NCBI GenBank assembly: GCA_049294275.1
Contig: JBAQCQ010000053.1
Location: 10,971 to 74,970, forward strand
Reading direction: 5' to 3'
DNA: 64,000 bases
Source: Bacteroidales bacterium
GTDB taxonomy: Bacteria; Bacteroidota; Bacteroidia; Bacteroidales; VadinHA17
Every line of letters starts with the position of its first letter. Position 1 is the stretch's first letter. The position numbers and the translations under genes were made by a program. Below the pieces are notes generated by a model. That model saw only the letters and a list, made by a program, of their open reading frames with translations. It did not search any database and was not told where the DNA came from. Positions 9,810 through 19,345 of this stretch are shown here, piece after piece.

Positions 9810-10910
9810 ATGCATAAGAAAGAAGAAATTTTAAAGGCCCTGAAAATGGTCACTCATCCCGAAAAGGGGAGTGATATCGTCACCCTCGGAATGGTGGGTG
9901 ACATATCCGTTACGGCAGAAGGAATAACAATAGTCCTGGTTCCCGAAAAATCAAACGATCCGTTCCTCTCATCAATAAAAAGCAGCTGCGTGAGGGCAGT
10001 CAAGGAAACGCTGGGGCCTGATGCAGTCATCTCTTCAATAGAGGTAAGGCCGCGGATAGTTGTTGAAAAGGCCGCTGTTCCGAAAAGGGATATCCTCCCC
10101 GGCGTCAGGAACATCATCGCCGTGTCGTCGGGCAAGGGTGGTGTCGGCAAATCGACCGTTGCCGTAAACCTTGCGGTGGCCCTGGCCCGCAAGGGTTATG
10201 CCACGGGGCTCCTTGATGCGGATATCTTCGGCCCGTCGGTGCCGAGGATGTTCAACGCGGAGGAGTACCATCCGGACGTGCGCAAGGAAGGCAGCAATGA
10301 CCTGATCATCCCGATGACCAGGTACGGCGTTAAGATTCTTTCCATCGGTTTCTTCGTCAAGGGTAACGATGCTGTCATCTGGCGCGGCCCGATGGCAAGC
10401 AGTTTCCTGAAGCAGCTTATCAGCCAGGGCGACTGGGGTGAGCTTGATTACCTGATTTTCGACCTGCCTCCCGGGACAAGCGACATTCATCTCACCCTTG
10501 TGCAGGAGGTGCCCGTCACAGGTGCCATTGTGGTGACCACCCCGCAGGAGGTGGCTCTGTCTGACGCCCGCAAGGGGATAGCCATGTTCCGCAGCGAGTC
10601 CATCAATGTGCCTGTGCTGGGTCTGATTGAGAACATGTCGTTCTTCATTGCTCCCGAGCTGCCCGGACGCAGGTACTATATCTTCGGCAGGGAGGGCGGC
10701 AGCAGGCTCGCCGCCGAGACCGGCACCGAGCTCCTGGGCCAGATACCCATCGTTGAGAGCATATGTGAAGGCGGTGATGCTGGCACGCCGGCAGCGCTGA
10801 ATGACAACGAGACCGGGCTTGCCTTCATGACCCTGGCCGATGCCGTCGTAGTCCGCGTCTCGAAGCGTAATGCCGAGATGGCTCCGACAAAGAGAGTGGA
10901 GATGAAATGA
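9810..10910 (+). CDS. apbC: Mrp/NBP35-family Fe-S cluster carrier ATPase
   Basis: 366 aa with a DUF59-like N-terminus (VTHPEKGSDIVTLGMV) and a deviant Walker A, SGKGGVGKST. Confidence 0.9.
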   Translation: MHKKEEILKALKMVTHPEKGSDIVTLGMVGDISVTAEGITIVLVPEKSNDPFLSSIKSSCVRAVKETLGPDAVISSIEVRPRIVVEKAAVPKRDILPGVRNIIAVSSGKGGVGKSTVAVNLAVALARKGYATGLLDADIFGPSVPRMFNAEEYHPDVRKEGSNDLIIPMTRYGVKILSIGFFVKGNDAVIWRGPMASSFLKQLISQGDWGELDYLIFDLPPGTSDIHLTLVQEVPVTGAIVVTTPQEVALSDARKGIAMFRSESINVPVLGLIENMSFFIAPELPGRRYYIFGREGGSRLAAETGTELLGQIPIVESICEGGDAGTPAALNDNETGLAFMTLADAVVVRVSKRNAEMAPTKRVEMK

Positions 10911-10959
10911 GCCTGCTGCCGCCTCCTGAATCAGCCCCCGGTTTATGGCCTCTTTTTCT

Positions 10960-10967
10960 TAACTTTG
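10960..10967 (+). promoter_or_regulatory. -7 box candidate for porW-porX
   Basis: TAACTTTG, with 48 nt to the TTG at 11016. Confidence 0.3.
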
Positions 10968-11015
10968 AATACTTTTAACGCACCTCTTCAGTTATAGAGT
11001 ATAAACCGTTATTGT

Positions 11016-13673
11016 TTGAGATTACGGCATAAAGAATACCTTGCAGCGGTGATCATCATTTTCACCCTGATTCTGACCGGTTGTTCTGCTGAAAAGAACA
11101 CCGGCGCGAGCCGTTTTTACAACTCACTGATCTCCAAGTATAACATCTGGTTCAACGGGAACGAGGCCTACAAAGCCGGGGTGAAGAAGGTCCGCTCATC
11201 GCACCGTGATGACTACAGCATTCTCCTGCCGGTATTCGAGTATTCCTCCGAAGAGTCGGCCCGGGCAGCCTCCCCTGATATGGAGCGAGCCATCCAGAAG
11301 GCATCGAAGGTCATTGCCCTGCACTCCATAACTGCCAAACCCTCCGAAAAAGGCCGGAGGGGCGGCAATGCCCGCAGTGAAGAGTTTTATAACAGACGTG
11401 AGTACAATGAGTGGGTAGACGATGCCTATATCCTCATGGGCAAGGCGCAGTTCTACCAGAAGAATTTCATGGCCGCAAGGTCATCGCTCTCATATGCTGT
11501 CAGCATTTCAACTGACCCTGACCTCAAGACCGAGGCAGGCATCTGGAACGTCCGCATCCAGACCGAAGAGGGTAACTACAACGAGGCACTGAGACTGCTC
11601 GGGGAAATTAATGACCCTGATAACCTGCCGGGTTCGCTGAAATCGATGTATTATTCAACCCGGGCTGACATAGCACTAAGACAGAAACGCTTCAGCGACG
11701 CAATCGACCCCCTGACAAAAGCCGCTGACTTCACCAGAGACAAGGATACACAGGTACGCCTGACATATCTACTCGCCCAGGTGTGCCAGGCAGCCGGCGA
11801 AAATGAGCTGTCAACCAGATATTTCAGCCAGGTGATACGCATGGCTCCGTCATATGAACTGGAGTTCAACGCAGGCATCAACCTCGCCGGAGTGACCGAT
11901 ATCTCGCACAGTGACGCAGAAGACCTGAGAAAATCGCTGCGCCGGATGTTGCGTGACTCCAAGAACAAGGATTATCTTGACCAGATCTATTTTGCCCTGG
12001 GCGAGCTTGAAATGCGGACGGGCAACACTGACGAAGCCCTGAAGCTATGGTCGCAGTCGGCAGCCGGCAGTACGGTCAACACCCGCCAGAGGGTGCGTTC
12101 TTATCTCGCACTTGGAGAACACTACTATGCCAGGGCGGAATACATGACGGCAGCTCTCTATTATGACAGCATCTCATCACTGATTGATAACCGTTTCCCT
12201 GATTATGCCACTATCAGCCGCAGAGCCTCCGGGCTCAGCGAGTATGCAAAGTTCCACAGCGTTGTCGTCACAGGCGACAGTCTCCGCAGGGTGGCGGGGA
12301 TGAGCGCTGCAGAGCGTGATGCGCTTATTGCAGGGATCATCCGTTCTTACGAGGAGAACCTGACAAAAGCACCGGCAGGTGACGGGGGTGACAGGTACAA
12401 CATGGGCCTTTACTACGAGAATGAGCAGCGGTACCGGGGCGCCATCACCGCCGAAGGAGGATGGTATTTCTACAACCAGACAGCTCTGTCGTTCGGACGC
12501 ACCGAGTTCAAACGCCGCTGGGGCGACAGGAGGCTTGAGGACAACTGGCGCAGGGCAAACAAATCCCGCGCGGCATTCAGTAACGGCTCACCGACAGAAG
12601 CCGGAGATGAGAAGCAGCAGGGCGACAGTGCCGGAGTGGACCCGCAACGGACCAAAGAGTATTACATGCGCAATCTGCCCCTGTCAGACTCGCTCATGAG
12701 AATCTCCGTTAATGCCGGCGCGGCAGCACTGCTGGGAGAGGGAAAGATACTGGCATCAAGGCTGGCCGACACCCTTGCAGCTGCCACTTCATTCGAAGAG
12801 GCGGCCCGCTCAGGAACTGATGAAAATATCAGGGCCGAGGCCCTCTATGAGCTCTACCGCCTGCTTCGTCTCTATGACCCCGCCAGGGCCGACAGACGGA
12901 GGTCAGAACTTCTGGCCTCATACCCCGGTTCCGAATATGCACAGATTCTCTCTGATCCCGACTATGTCAGGAAGCACCAGGAGATGGCCTTCAGGGCTTC
13001 CGGAAGCTATGAGACGGCATACCGGGCATTCACTGAAGGCCGCTACGCGGAGACCCGGGCTATCTGCAGCGAGGCTGTGAAACTCTTCCAGGGTGAGGAG
13101 CTTGTTCCCAAATTCATGCTCCTTGATGCGATGGCCACGGGAGCCCTTTCGGGAGAGATGGCCTACAAGTCAAAACTTGACTCGCTGGTAGCCAGGTTCC
13201 CCTCTACCCCTGAAGGACAGAGAGCCGCCGAGATTAACGATTTCCTCAGAAAGGAGATTCCGGCCATCAGGGTTGCAGAGGATACCCGCATCGCGGAGGA
13301 ACTCTATACCGCCGACATGCAGCAGCCGCATTACGTAATTGTAATCGCCGGCAATTACCAGGCAAACATGAACCAGATGGTGTTTGACATCATCAACTAT
13401 AACCTCGACAGTTATGCCGAAAAGAATTACCGCACGGAAGGCACCGATGCCGACCAGGGCTATCTCCTCATAGCCACAGGACCCTTCGGAAATGCCGGTG
13501 AGGCAGCAGCCTGGCTCAGTACCTTCAATCCGTCTGAAATCATCAGGGGAGCAGCCGATGCCTCCCTTACGCTGTACATCATCAGTCGCGACAACCTGGC
13601 AAAACTCAGGGATGACAAAAATGTTGACAGATACAGCATCTTTTACGCAAAGGAGTACGGGAATATCAGGTGA
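11016..13673 (+). CDS. porW: TPR-repeat lipoprotein, probable T9SS component PorW/SprE
   Basis: 885 aa with lipobox LILTG|C. The N-terminus RFYNSLISKYNIWFNGNEAY resembles SprE, and helical repeats run throughout. It lies 15 nt upstream of porX. The track uses a TTG start, and the exact start is uncertain. Confidence 0.6.
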   Translation: MRLRHKEYLAAVIIIFTLILTGCSAEKNTGASRFYNSLISKYNIWFNGNEAYKAGVKKVRSSHRDDYSILLPVFEYSSEESARAASPDMERAIQKASKVIALHSITAKPSEKGRRGGNARSEEFYNRREYNEWVDDAYILMGKAQFYQKNFMAARSSLSYAVSISTDPDLKTEAGIWNVRIQTEEGNYNEALRLLGEINDPDNLPGSLKSMYYSTRADIALRQKRFSDAIDPLTKAADFTRDKDTQVRLTYLLAQVCQAAGENELSTRYFSQVIRMAPSYELEFNAGINLAGVTDISHSDAEDLRKSLRRMLRDSKNKDYLDQIYFALGELEMRTGNTDEALKLWSQSAAGSTVNTRQRVRSYLALGEHYYARAEYMTAALYYDSISSLIDNRFPDYATISRRASGLSEYAKFHSVVVTGDSLRRVAGMSAAERDALIAGIIRSYEENLTKAPAGDGGDRYNMGLYYENEQRYRGAITAEGGWYFYNQTALSFGRTEFKRRWGDRRLEDNWRRANKSRAAFSNGSPTEAGDEKQQGDSAGVDPQRTKEYYMRNLPLSDSLMRISVNAGAAALLGEGKILASRLADTLAAATSFEEAARSGTDENIRAEALYELYRLLRLYDPARADRRRSELLASYPGSEYAQILSDPDYVRKHQEMAFRASGSYETAYRAFTEGRYAETRAICSEAVKLFQGEELVPKFMLLDAMATGALSGEMAYKSKLDSLVARFPSTPEGQRAAEINDFLRKEIPAIRVAEDTRIAEELYTADMQQPHYVIVIAGNYQANMNQMVFDIINYNLDSYAEKNYRTEGTDADQGYLLIATGPFGNAGEAAAWLSTFNPSEIIRGAADASLTLYIISRDNLAKLRDDKNVDRYSIFYAKEYGNIR

Positions 13674-13688
13674 CGTGAAGGAAAGATC

Positions 13689-15242
13689 ATGAGACAGGTC
13701 AGGATACTGTGGGTCGATGATGAGGTGGGGGTGCTGCGTTCCCATATCCTATTCCTGAAGGAGAAGGGTTTCGAGACAGAGACATGCCAGTCGGGCAATG
13801 ATGCAATAAACATGGTCAGTGAAAAGGCCTATGACATCATCTTCCTTGACGAATACATGCCGGGCCTCAGCGGGATTGAGACCCTCCGCCGTATCAAGGC
13901 CATCAGGCCCTCCATCCCGGTTGTAATGATAACCAAGAGCGAGGAGGAAGATATCATGGAGGCTGCGATAGGGTCGCAGATAGCCGATTACCTCATCAAA
14001 CCCGTCAAGCCGCAGCAGATCCTTCTTACTCTTAAGCGCATCCTTGACACCGGAGATATTGTCACACGCCAGACGACCTCTGTCTTCAGGGAGGAGTTCG
14101 CATCAATAGCCGGGATGATCTCCTCCGCATCAACCTTCGCGCAGTGGAGCGATCTCTACCGCAGGCTCGCCTTCTGGCAGTCGGAACTCATAAGGTCATC
14201 TGACACCGGCATGAGGGAGGTGCTGCGAATGCAGGAATCCGATGCAAACAGGGCCTTCTCAAAATACATATCAAACAATTACCTGCGGTGGATCTCCGGC
14301 GAAGCATCAGACAGGCCCCTCATATCTCCGGCGGTGATGTCAAAACGTATCTTTCCTCTCATAGGGAAAGGATCGCCTCTCTTTTTTATCATTGTAGACA
14401 ACATGCGCCTCGACCAGTGGCAGACGATTGCCGCTGACCTGAGTCCTGTCATGCGTACAGTCTCCGAAGAGCTCTACCTGAGCATTCTCCCTACCACGAC
14501 GCAGTATTCGCGCAACGCGCTCTTTGCAGGACTGATGCCTGCAGCAATTGCCGAACTGACACCTGAATACTGGATCGGGGACAACGAAGACGAAGGCAAG
14601 AACCTCAACGAGGAGAAACTGCTTGCGAAAAACCTCCAGAGGAGTGGCATGGGATGCAGGTGGTCTTACAACAAGATCAGCTCTGACGCCGAAGGAAGGA
14701 ACCTGAATGATAAGATACCGCAGCTCCTTGCAAATGACCTTAATGTCGTGGTCTACAATTTCGTTGACATGCTGAGCCATGCCAGGACAGAGATAGGGGT
14801 TATCCGCGACATGACCGGAGACGAGGCCGGATGGCTCTCGCTGACGCATTCATGGTTCGTCTATTCACCCCTTCTTGAGCTGCTCAGGCAGGTCTCTGCC
14901 AGAGGGGCCCGGGTGGTGATCACGACAGATCACGGCTCGGTGAAGGTGCAAAGGCCGGTCAAGGTGGTGGGCGACAGGCAGACATCAATGAACCTGCGCT
15001 ACAAAACAGGCAGGAATCTTGACTACAACGCGCGCGACCTGTTCGAGATAACAGCGCCGGCAAAGGCGGGTCTGCCTATGACCAACATCACCTCGAGATA
15101 CATATTTGCCTGCGGCAACGACTTCCTTGTCTATCCCAACAATTACAACCACATAGTCTCCTACTACCGTGATTCGTTCCAGCACGGGGGTGTCTCACTG
15201 CAGGAGATGATGCTGCCACTGGTGACGCTTGAACCTGTATAA
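13689..15242 (+). CDS. porX: T9SS response regulator PorX (receiver domain plus PglZ/alkaline-phosphatase-like domain)
   Basis: 517 aa. The receiver is ILWVDDE, then IIFLDEYMPGLSG, then LIKP. The C-terminal domain has IIVDNMRLDQW, TTTQYSRNALFAG and ITTDHGS. Confidence 0.85.
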   Translation: MRQVRILWVDDEVGVLRSHILFLKEKGFETETCQSGNDAINMVSEKAYDIIFLDEYMPGLSGIETLRRIKAIRPSIPVVMITKSEEEDIMEAAIGSQIADYLIKPVKPQQILLTLKRILDTGDIVTRQTTSVFREEFASIAGMISSASTFAQWSDLYRRLAFWQSELIRSSDTGMREVLRMQESDANRAFSKYISNNYLRWISGEASDRPLISPAVMSKRIFPLIGKGSPLFFIIVDNMRLDQWQTIAADLSPVMRTVSEELYLSILPTTTQYSRNALFAGLMPAAIAELTPEYWIGDNEDEGKNLNEEKLLAKNLQRSGMGCRWSYNKISSDAEGRNLNDKIPQLLANDLNVVVYNFVDMLSHARTEIGVIRDMTGDEAGWLSLTHSWFVYSPLLELLRQVSARGARVVITTDHGSVKVQRPVKVVGDRQTSMNLRYKTGRNLDYNARDLFEITAPAKAGLPMTNITSRYIFACGNDFLVYPNNYNHIVSYYRDSFQHGGVSLQEMMLPLVTLEPV

Positions 15243-15258
15243 TAGCTATTTTTGCCGT

Positions 15259-15693
15259 ATGAAGATCGTGGTGACTGACAAAAGCCGGCTGCGTGACGCG
15301 GCAAGACACTTCCTCAGGGAGACGGCTGGCACAAGAATATTTGCCTTCTACGGGCAGATGGGGTCAGGCAAAACCACCTTCATTAAAGCCCTGTGCCATG
15401 AGATGGGCGTTGCAGACACCGTCACCAGCCCCACCTTCACGCTCATAAATGAATACAGGCGCCCCGGTGACCTCCCGGTCTTTCACTTCGATTTCTACAG
15501 GATAAAAGACATCTCCGAGGTGCTCGACTTCGGCATAGAGGAGTACTTTGATTCCGCCTCTCCCTGTTTCATGGAGTGGCCTGAGCTCATCGAGCCGCTG
15601 CTGCCGCCCGGGACTCTGAAGCTTTCAATAACAGTCACGGATGACGGTAGCAGGGTCATCGAGACGGTCGGCCAGCCCGCAGCAAGGGGATGA
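15259..15693 (+). CDS. tsaE: tRNA t6A biosynthesis ATPase TsaE
   Basis: Start moved to ATG 15259 (MKIVVTD). It has the P-loop FYGQMGSGKTTF and the SPTFTL motif. Confidence 0.85.
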   Translation: MKIVVTDKSRLRDAARHFLRETAGTRIFAFYGQMGSGKTTFIKALCHEMGVADTVTSPTFTLINEYRRPGDLPVFHFDFYRIKDISEVLDFGIEEYFDSASPCFMEWPELIEPLLPPGTLKLSITVTDDGSRVIETVGQPAARG

Positions 15694-15794
15694 GTGACAA
15701 GGGTTGCGGTTGCATCAGACACACCGGCAGTCTTTCCGTCAGCTGATCGCTCCTAATTATCTCCCTCCTTTTGCTTTCTCTCCGATTAAAATCT

Positions 15795-15802
15795 TAAATT
15801 TG
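15795..15802 (+). promoter_or_regulatory. -7 box candidate for the AlaDH-family gene
   Basis: TAAATTTG, with 46 nt to ATG 15849. Confidence 0.3.
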
Positions 15803-15848
15803 ATCTGCTGATAATTATCTTCTGTTTAACCTCTTAAAACGAAGCCAG

Positions 15849-17045
15849 ATGAATGAACCGTCAAGAAGCGCGTTCATGCCGCGGGAAGAGCTTATTGAGA
15901 AAGCTGTGGGCAGGCGGCAGATGTCTGTGGGTATGCCGCATGACGTTCTCGATGACGAGAAACGCATCGCGCTGACACCTGAAGCCGTCAAGATCCTTAC
16001 CGATGCCGGAAATGAGGTCTTTATGGAGACCGGCGCCGGAGCGAATGCCGGCTTCTCTGACAGGGAGTACAGTGACAACGGGGCCATTGTGGCCGACACA
16101 TCACAACAGATTTACGGATGTGACATCATCATCAAGATAGCCCCCTTCACGCTGAAGGAGGCCTCCATGCTCAAGGGCGGACAGATAGTCATCTCATTCA
16201 TGAATGCAGCCACTATGGGAGAGGATACCCTCTCTCAGATGATGCGCAAGCGTGTGACCGCCCTGGCAAGCGAGCGGATTAAGGACAGTGACGGCATGTT
16301 CCCCGTTGTTGAGTCGATGAGCGAGATCAGCGGCATCACATCGGTGCTCCTCGCTTCGGAATACCTCAGCACCACTTCGGGAGGCAAGGGGGTGATGCTC
16401 GGCGGGGTGACCGGGGTGACACCGACGGAGGTGGTGATCATAGGAGCCAACACCGCCGGCGAATTTGCAGCCCGCGCCGCTCTGGGCCTCGGTGCCATAG
16501 TAAGGGTATTCGACACCTCGGTGCACCGCCTCCGCAATTTCCAGAACATGCTCGGACAGCGGCTCTATACCTCCACTTTCCACCCGCAGGTGCTGCAGAA
16601 GGCGCTGAAATCGGCCGACGTGCTGATAGGGGCTCTCTCAACTGATATCATGATGCCATGGTTCTACGTGACCGAAGAGATGGTACAGGGTATGAAGCGC
16701 GGATCCGTCATCGTAGACCTCAGTGTTGACACCGGGGGATGCGTCGAGACCGCCGAGCCCAGGGCCATAAAGGATCCTATCTATGAGAAGCACGGAGTGA
16801 TACACTATTCCGCATGGAACCTCCCCTCGCGCGTTCCGAAGACAGCCTCCATAGCGCTGAGCAATGTCTTCAGGCCGCTGATGCAGGAGATTGCCGATGC
16901 AGGCGGCATAACCCCGATGCTAAAATTCAACAACGGACTGCGAGACGGAGTTTATATCTATAACGGCATCCTCACCAACGAGGTACTTGGTCATAAATTC
17001 GGGATACTGTCGAAGGATATCAACCTCCTGCTGGCAGCCTTCTGA
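15849..17045 (+). CDS. Alanine dehydrogenase / PNT-alpha family NAD(P)-dependent dehydrogenase
   Basis: 398 aa with an AlaDH/PNT N- and C-domain layout and the dinucleotide fold VVIIGANTAGEFAA. Confidence 0.7.
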   Translation: MNEPSRSAFMPREELIEKAVGRRQMSVGMPHDVLDDEKRIALTPEAVKILTDAGNEVFMETGAGANAGFSDREYSDNGAIVADTSQQIYGCDIIIKIAPFTLKEASMLKGGQIVISFMNAATMGEDTLSQMMRKRVTALASERIKDSDGMFPVVESMSEISGITSVLLASEYLSTTSGGKGVMLGGVTGVTPTEVVIIGANTAGEFAARAALGLGAIVRVFDTSVHRLRNFQNMLGQRLYTSTFHPQVLQKALKSADVLIGALSTDIMMPWFYVTEEMVQGMKRGSVIVDLSVDTGGCVETAEPRAIKDPIYEKHGVIHYSAWNLPSRVPKTASIALSNVFRPLMQEIADAGGITPMLKFNNGLRDGVYIYNGILTNEVLGHKFGILSKDINLLLAAF

Positions 17046-17051
17046 GTCAGG

Positions 17052-17963
17052 CTACAGCCATGCGAGCACAGCCTCGTTACCTCTCTGTTTCAGTGATGCA
17101 TTGCGCCCCAGGTAAATCGCCCTGTTGTCGCTTATATGCCCTGCCGGGAAATTGAAGAGCACCGGGTATCCGAATCCGCCGGCAACATTCATCACAACCT
17201 CTTCAATAGTCTGGTTGAAGACATGCTCCCCCTCGGTTATATTTTCCATCCCTCCGACCAATAGTGCTGAGAGGTTTTTCAGCATCCCTGTCATGCGCAT
17301 TGCCGTGAGCATCCGGTCAAGATGATAGAATTTCTCTCCGGTTTCCTCTATGAAGAGTATCGCGCCTTCGCTGTCAGGCTGGGCAGCTGTCCCGTTAAGG
17401 CTGTAGATCAGGGATATGTTGCCGCCGATAACCGGTCCTGTAACGGTGAATGAGGCATCACCAGATGCGGTCCATCTCACGGGCCCGGCCTCACCTCTCA
17501 GCGCCCTTACCATGGTCTCATAGCACAGCGGTGAGCACCCGGGGTTGGAGTAGTTCAGCGGCATCTCAGCATGGAGAGAGGCTATGCCGCAGACCCTGTT
17601 CAGCCAGAGGTGGAGCGAGGTTATGTCGCTGTAGCCAACATACCATTTTGGATGCCTCTCGAGCGGTGAAAAATCTATACGGTCTACGATCCTTGTCATC
17701 CCGTATCCGCCGCGAGAGCATATAACGGCTTTTACCTCAGGGTCGTCCGTGGCTTTCTGAATGTCCCGGAGCCTCTCCTCATCACTTCCGGCAAATGGTC
17801 CTTTCACGGTGAAGACATGCTCTCCAAGGGTCACCCTGAATCCTGAGTTTTCCAGCATCTTTTTGGCCTCAAGCACAACCTCCCGGTCGATGTGGCTTGC
17901 CGGGGTGACAACTCTGATCAGGTCTCCATTCTTAAGGTAAGGCGGTATGACAAGTGATTTCAT
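17052..17963 (-). CDS. ldcA: LD-carboxypeptidase (peptidase S66)
   Basis: 303 aa with CSRGGYG, the nucleophile context VGYSDITSLH, and His in NFPAGHISDN. Confidence 0.85.
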   Translation of the reverse strand: MKSLVIPPYLKNGDLIRVVTPASHIDREVVLEAKKMLENSGFRVTLGEHVFTVKGPFAGSDEERLRDIQKATDDPEVKAVICSRGGYGMTRIVDRIDFSPLERHPKWYVGYSDITSLHLWLNRVCGIASLHAEMPLNYSNPGCSPLCYETMVRALRGEAGPVRWTASGDASFTVTGPVIGGNISLIYSLNGTAAQPDSEGAILFIEETGEKFYHLDRMLTAMRMTGMLKNLSALLVGGMENITEGEHVFNQTIEEVVMNVAGGFGYPVLFNFPAGHISDNRAIYLGRNASLKQRGNEAVLAWL

Positions 17964-18002
17964 GACAGCTCTTTTGCGTTGGCAATATCAAAAGTAGCTA
18001 TT

Positions 18003-19154
18003 TTATGAGAAAAACTCTGCCGCGGTTGTGAAGAGCCGGTCGAAAGTACGGTCGACCTCACCGGACCTCGCACCGTTGAGAACCGGGAAAGGATTTTCGT
18101 GTGTACATGGATAGAGGGGAGTCCAGACCTCAGTGTCAGCACCCTGCAGCGTGGCAGTGACGGCCTCGGCGGGTATCACCCTGTCGCCGGCAAATGTGAT
18201 TGCCTTGAGCCGCCCTTCACTCTTGCTGAATGGTGTGCCCGAAATTTTCTTCAGACGTCCGGGCGATGTCATTGCATAGAAAGCCTCCCCCTCAGGAGTT
18301 CCGTTCAGGATCTTCATGAACAGGTCGCCGTCTGCGTTCATCTTATCCTCCGGCCATTCGAGATAGAAGGTCACCAGTCGCTCGAAGGCCCTGCTGTCCA
18401 TTATCAGCTTTGATGTGCCGTTCATCAGGCCGAATGCACTTCCTCCGCAGAAAAGCATCGTGCGGGTTTCGGCGGGAAGAAGCGACGGTTTTGACAGCAT
18501 CATCACCTGTGTTGCCAGGGCCCCTATCGAGTAAGCAAATATATCTACTGGGCCTCCACCGGGCAGATCGGGGTGAGAGCCATCACTCACGGTGCCTGTG
18601 AGGCTGTGGAGATCCTTCAGTGTCTGGTATCCCGAGAGGAGAAATCGCTGGGGTGATAATGACATCCGTGTGCTGAGGGCCACGTTGACGAATGTTGAGA
18701 GCTGCGTGTCAGGCAGCAGGGAGGTGCGGGCCGCCACAAGTGGCGCCATCAGGTGCCTGTCAATCCAGCTGCGGGGCGAGCGGTTCATATGGTACGCGCT
18801 CGGGAATAGAATAACTGGTCTGCCGGTATCGGATGCCAGCCTCAATCCCCATTGCATGTACTTGCTCCAGCTGCGCTCATTGAGGCCGTGAAGGAGCATG
18901 ATGGCGCCACGACCGGCGCTTCCGTCCGGTATAAGCAGGTAATAAGGGAAATCTTCGTTGGAATCCTCCAGCTCCTTCGACCTGAAAAGAGAACGGAATA
19001 CAGATGAAACATTCCTCTCATCAGGATAGCGGTAACTGCTTGATGACCGAAACACCTCACTCTTAATCCTTATCCCGGTTCCGGGAACGTAACCTTCGGC
19101 CATTCCTCCCCTGAAAAATGCAGCAAGCTCCCTCTCCTTCTCAGTGTACCCCAT
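18003..19154 (-). CDS. Alpha/beta-hydrolase-fold protein of unknown function
   Basis: 383 aa with IMLLHGLNERSW and the nucleophile elbow AYSIG. It lies 39 nt upstream of ldcA on the same strand. Confidence 0.6.
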   Translation of the reverse strand: MGYTEKERELAAFFRGGMAEGYVPGTGIRIKSEVFRSSSSYRYPDERNVSSVFRSLFRSKELEDSNEDFPYYLLIPDGSAGRGAIMLLHGLNERSWSKYMQWGLRLASDTGRPVILFPSAYHMNRSPRSWIDRHLMAPLVAARTSLLPDTQLSTFVNVALSTRMSLSPQRFLLSGYQTLKDLHSLTGTVSDGSHPDLPGGGPVDIFAYSIGALATQVMMLSKPSLLPAETRTMLFCGGSAFGLMNGTSKLIMDSRAFERLVTFYLEWPEDKMNADGDLFMKILNGTPEGEAFYAMTSPGRLKKISGTPFSKSEGRLKAITFAGDRVIPAEAVTATLQGADTEVWTPLYPCTHENPFPVLNGARSGEVDRTFDRLFTTAAEFFS

Positions 19155-19196
19155 TATAGGTTTTTATGCAAAAAAAACTGATACGGACGGTTTGGC

Positions 19197-19269
19197 AAAA
19201 AAATAGGTGCCCCCGGAACCTCGGGGGGCTGTAACCTGTTCCTGAGGGGCAAAAAGAGCCCCGCAGGGG
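19197..19269 (-). promoter_or_regulatory. Structured leader or small-RNA candidate upstream of the hydrolase-ldcA operon (terminator-like hairpin plus alternative pairings)
   Basis: On the minus strand it reads CCCCTGCGGGGCTCTTTTTGCCCC....GCCCCCCGAGGTTCCGGGGGCACCTATTTTTTTGCC. The GC hairpin (19209-19229) is followed by T7 (19197-19203). The upstream GGGGC segment can pair in two mutually exclusive ways (19246-19262 or 19259-19269). Confidence 0.35.
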
Positions 19270-19320
19270 TGAAATCCAAAAGCTGACTTCTTCCTTAAAA
19301 CCGCGCTTCGTCAAAAGTGT

Positions 19321-19328
19321 TACTTTTG
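19321..19328 (+). promoter_or_regulatory. -7 box candidate for the LytTR gene
   Basis: TACTTTTG, with 17 nt to ATG 19346. Confidence 0.35.
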
Positions 19329-19345
19329 TTCCGGATAGCCGTGTA

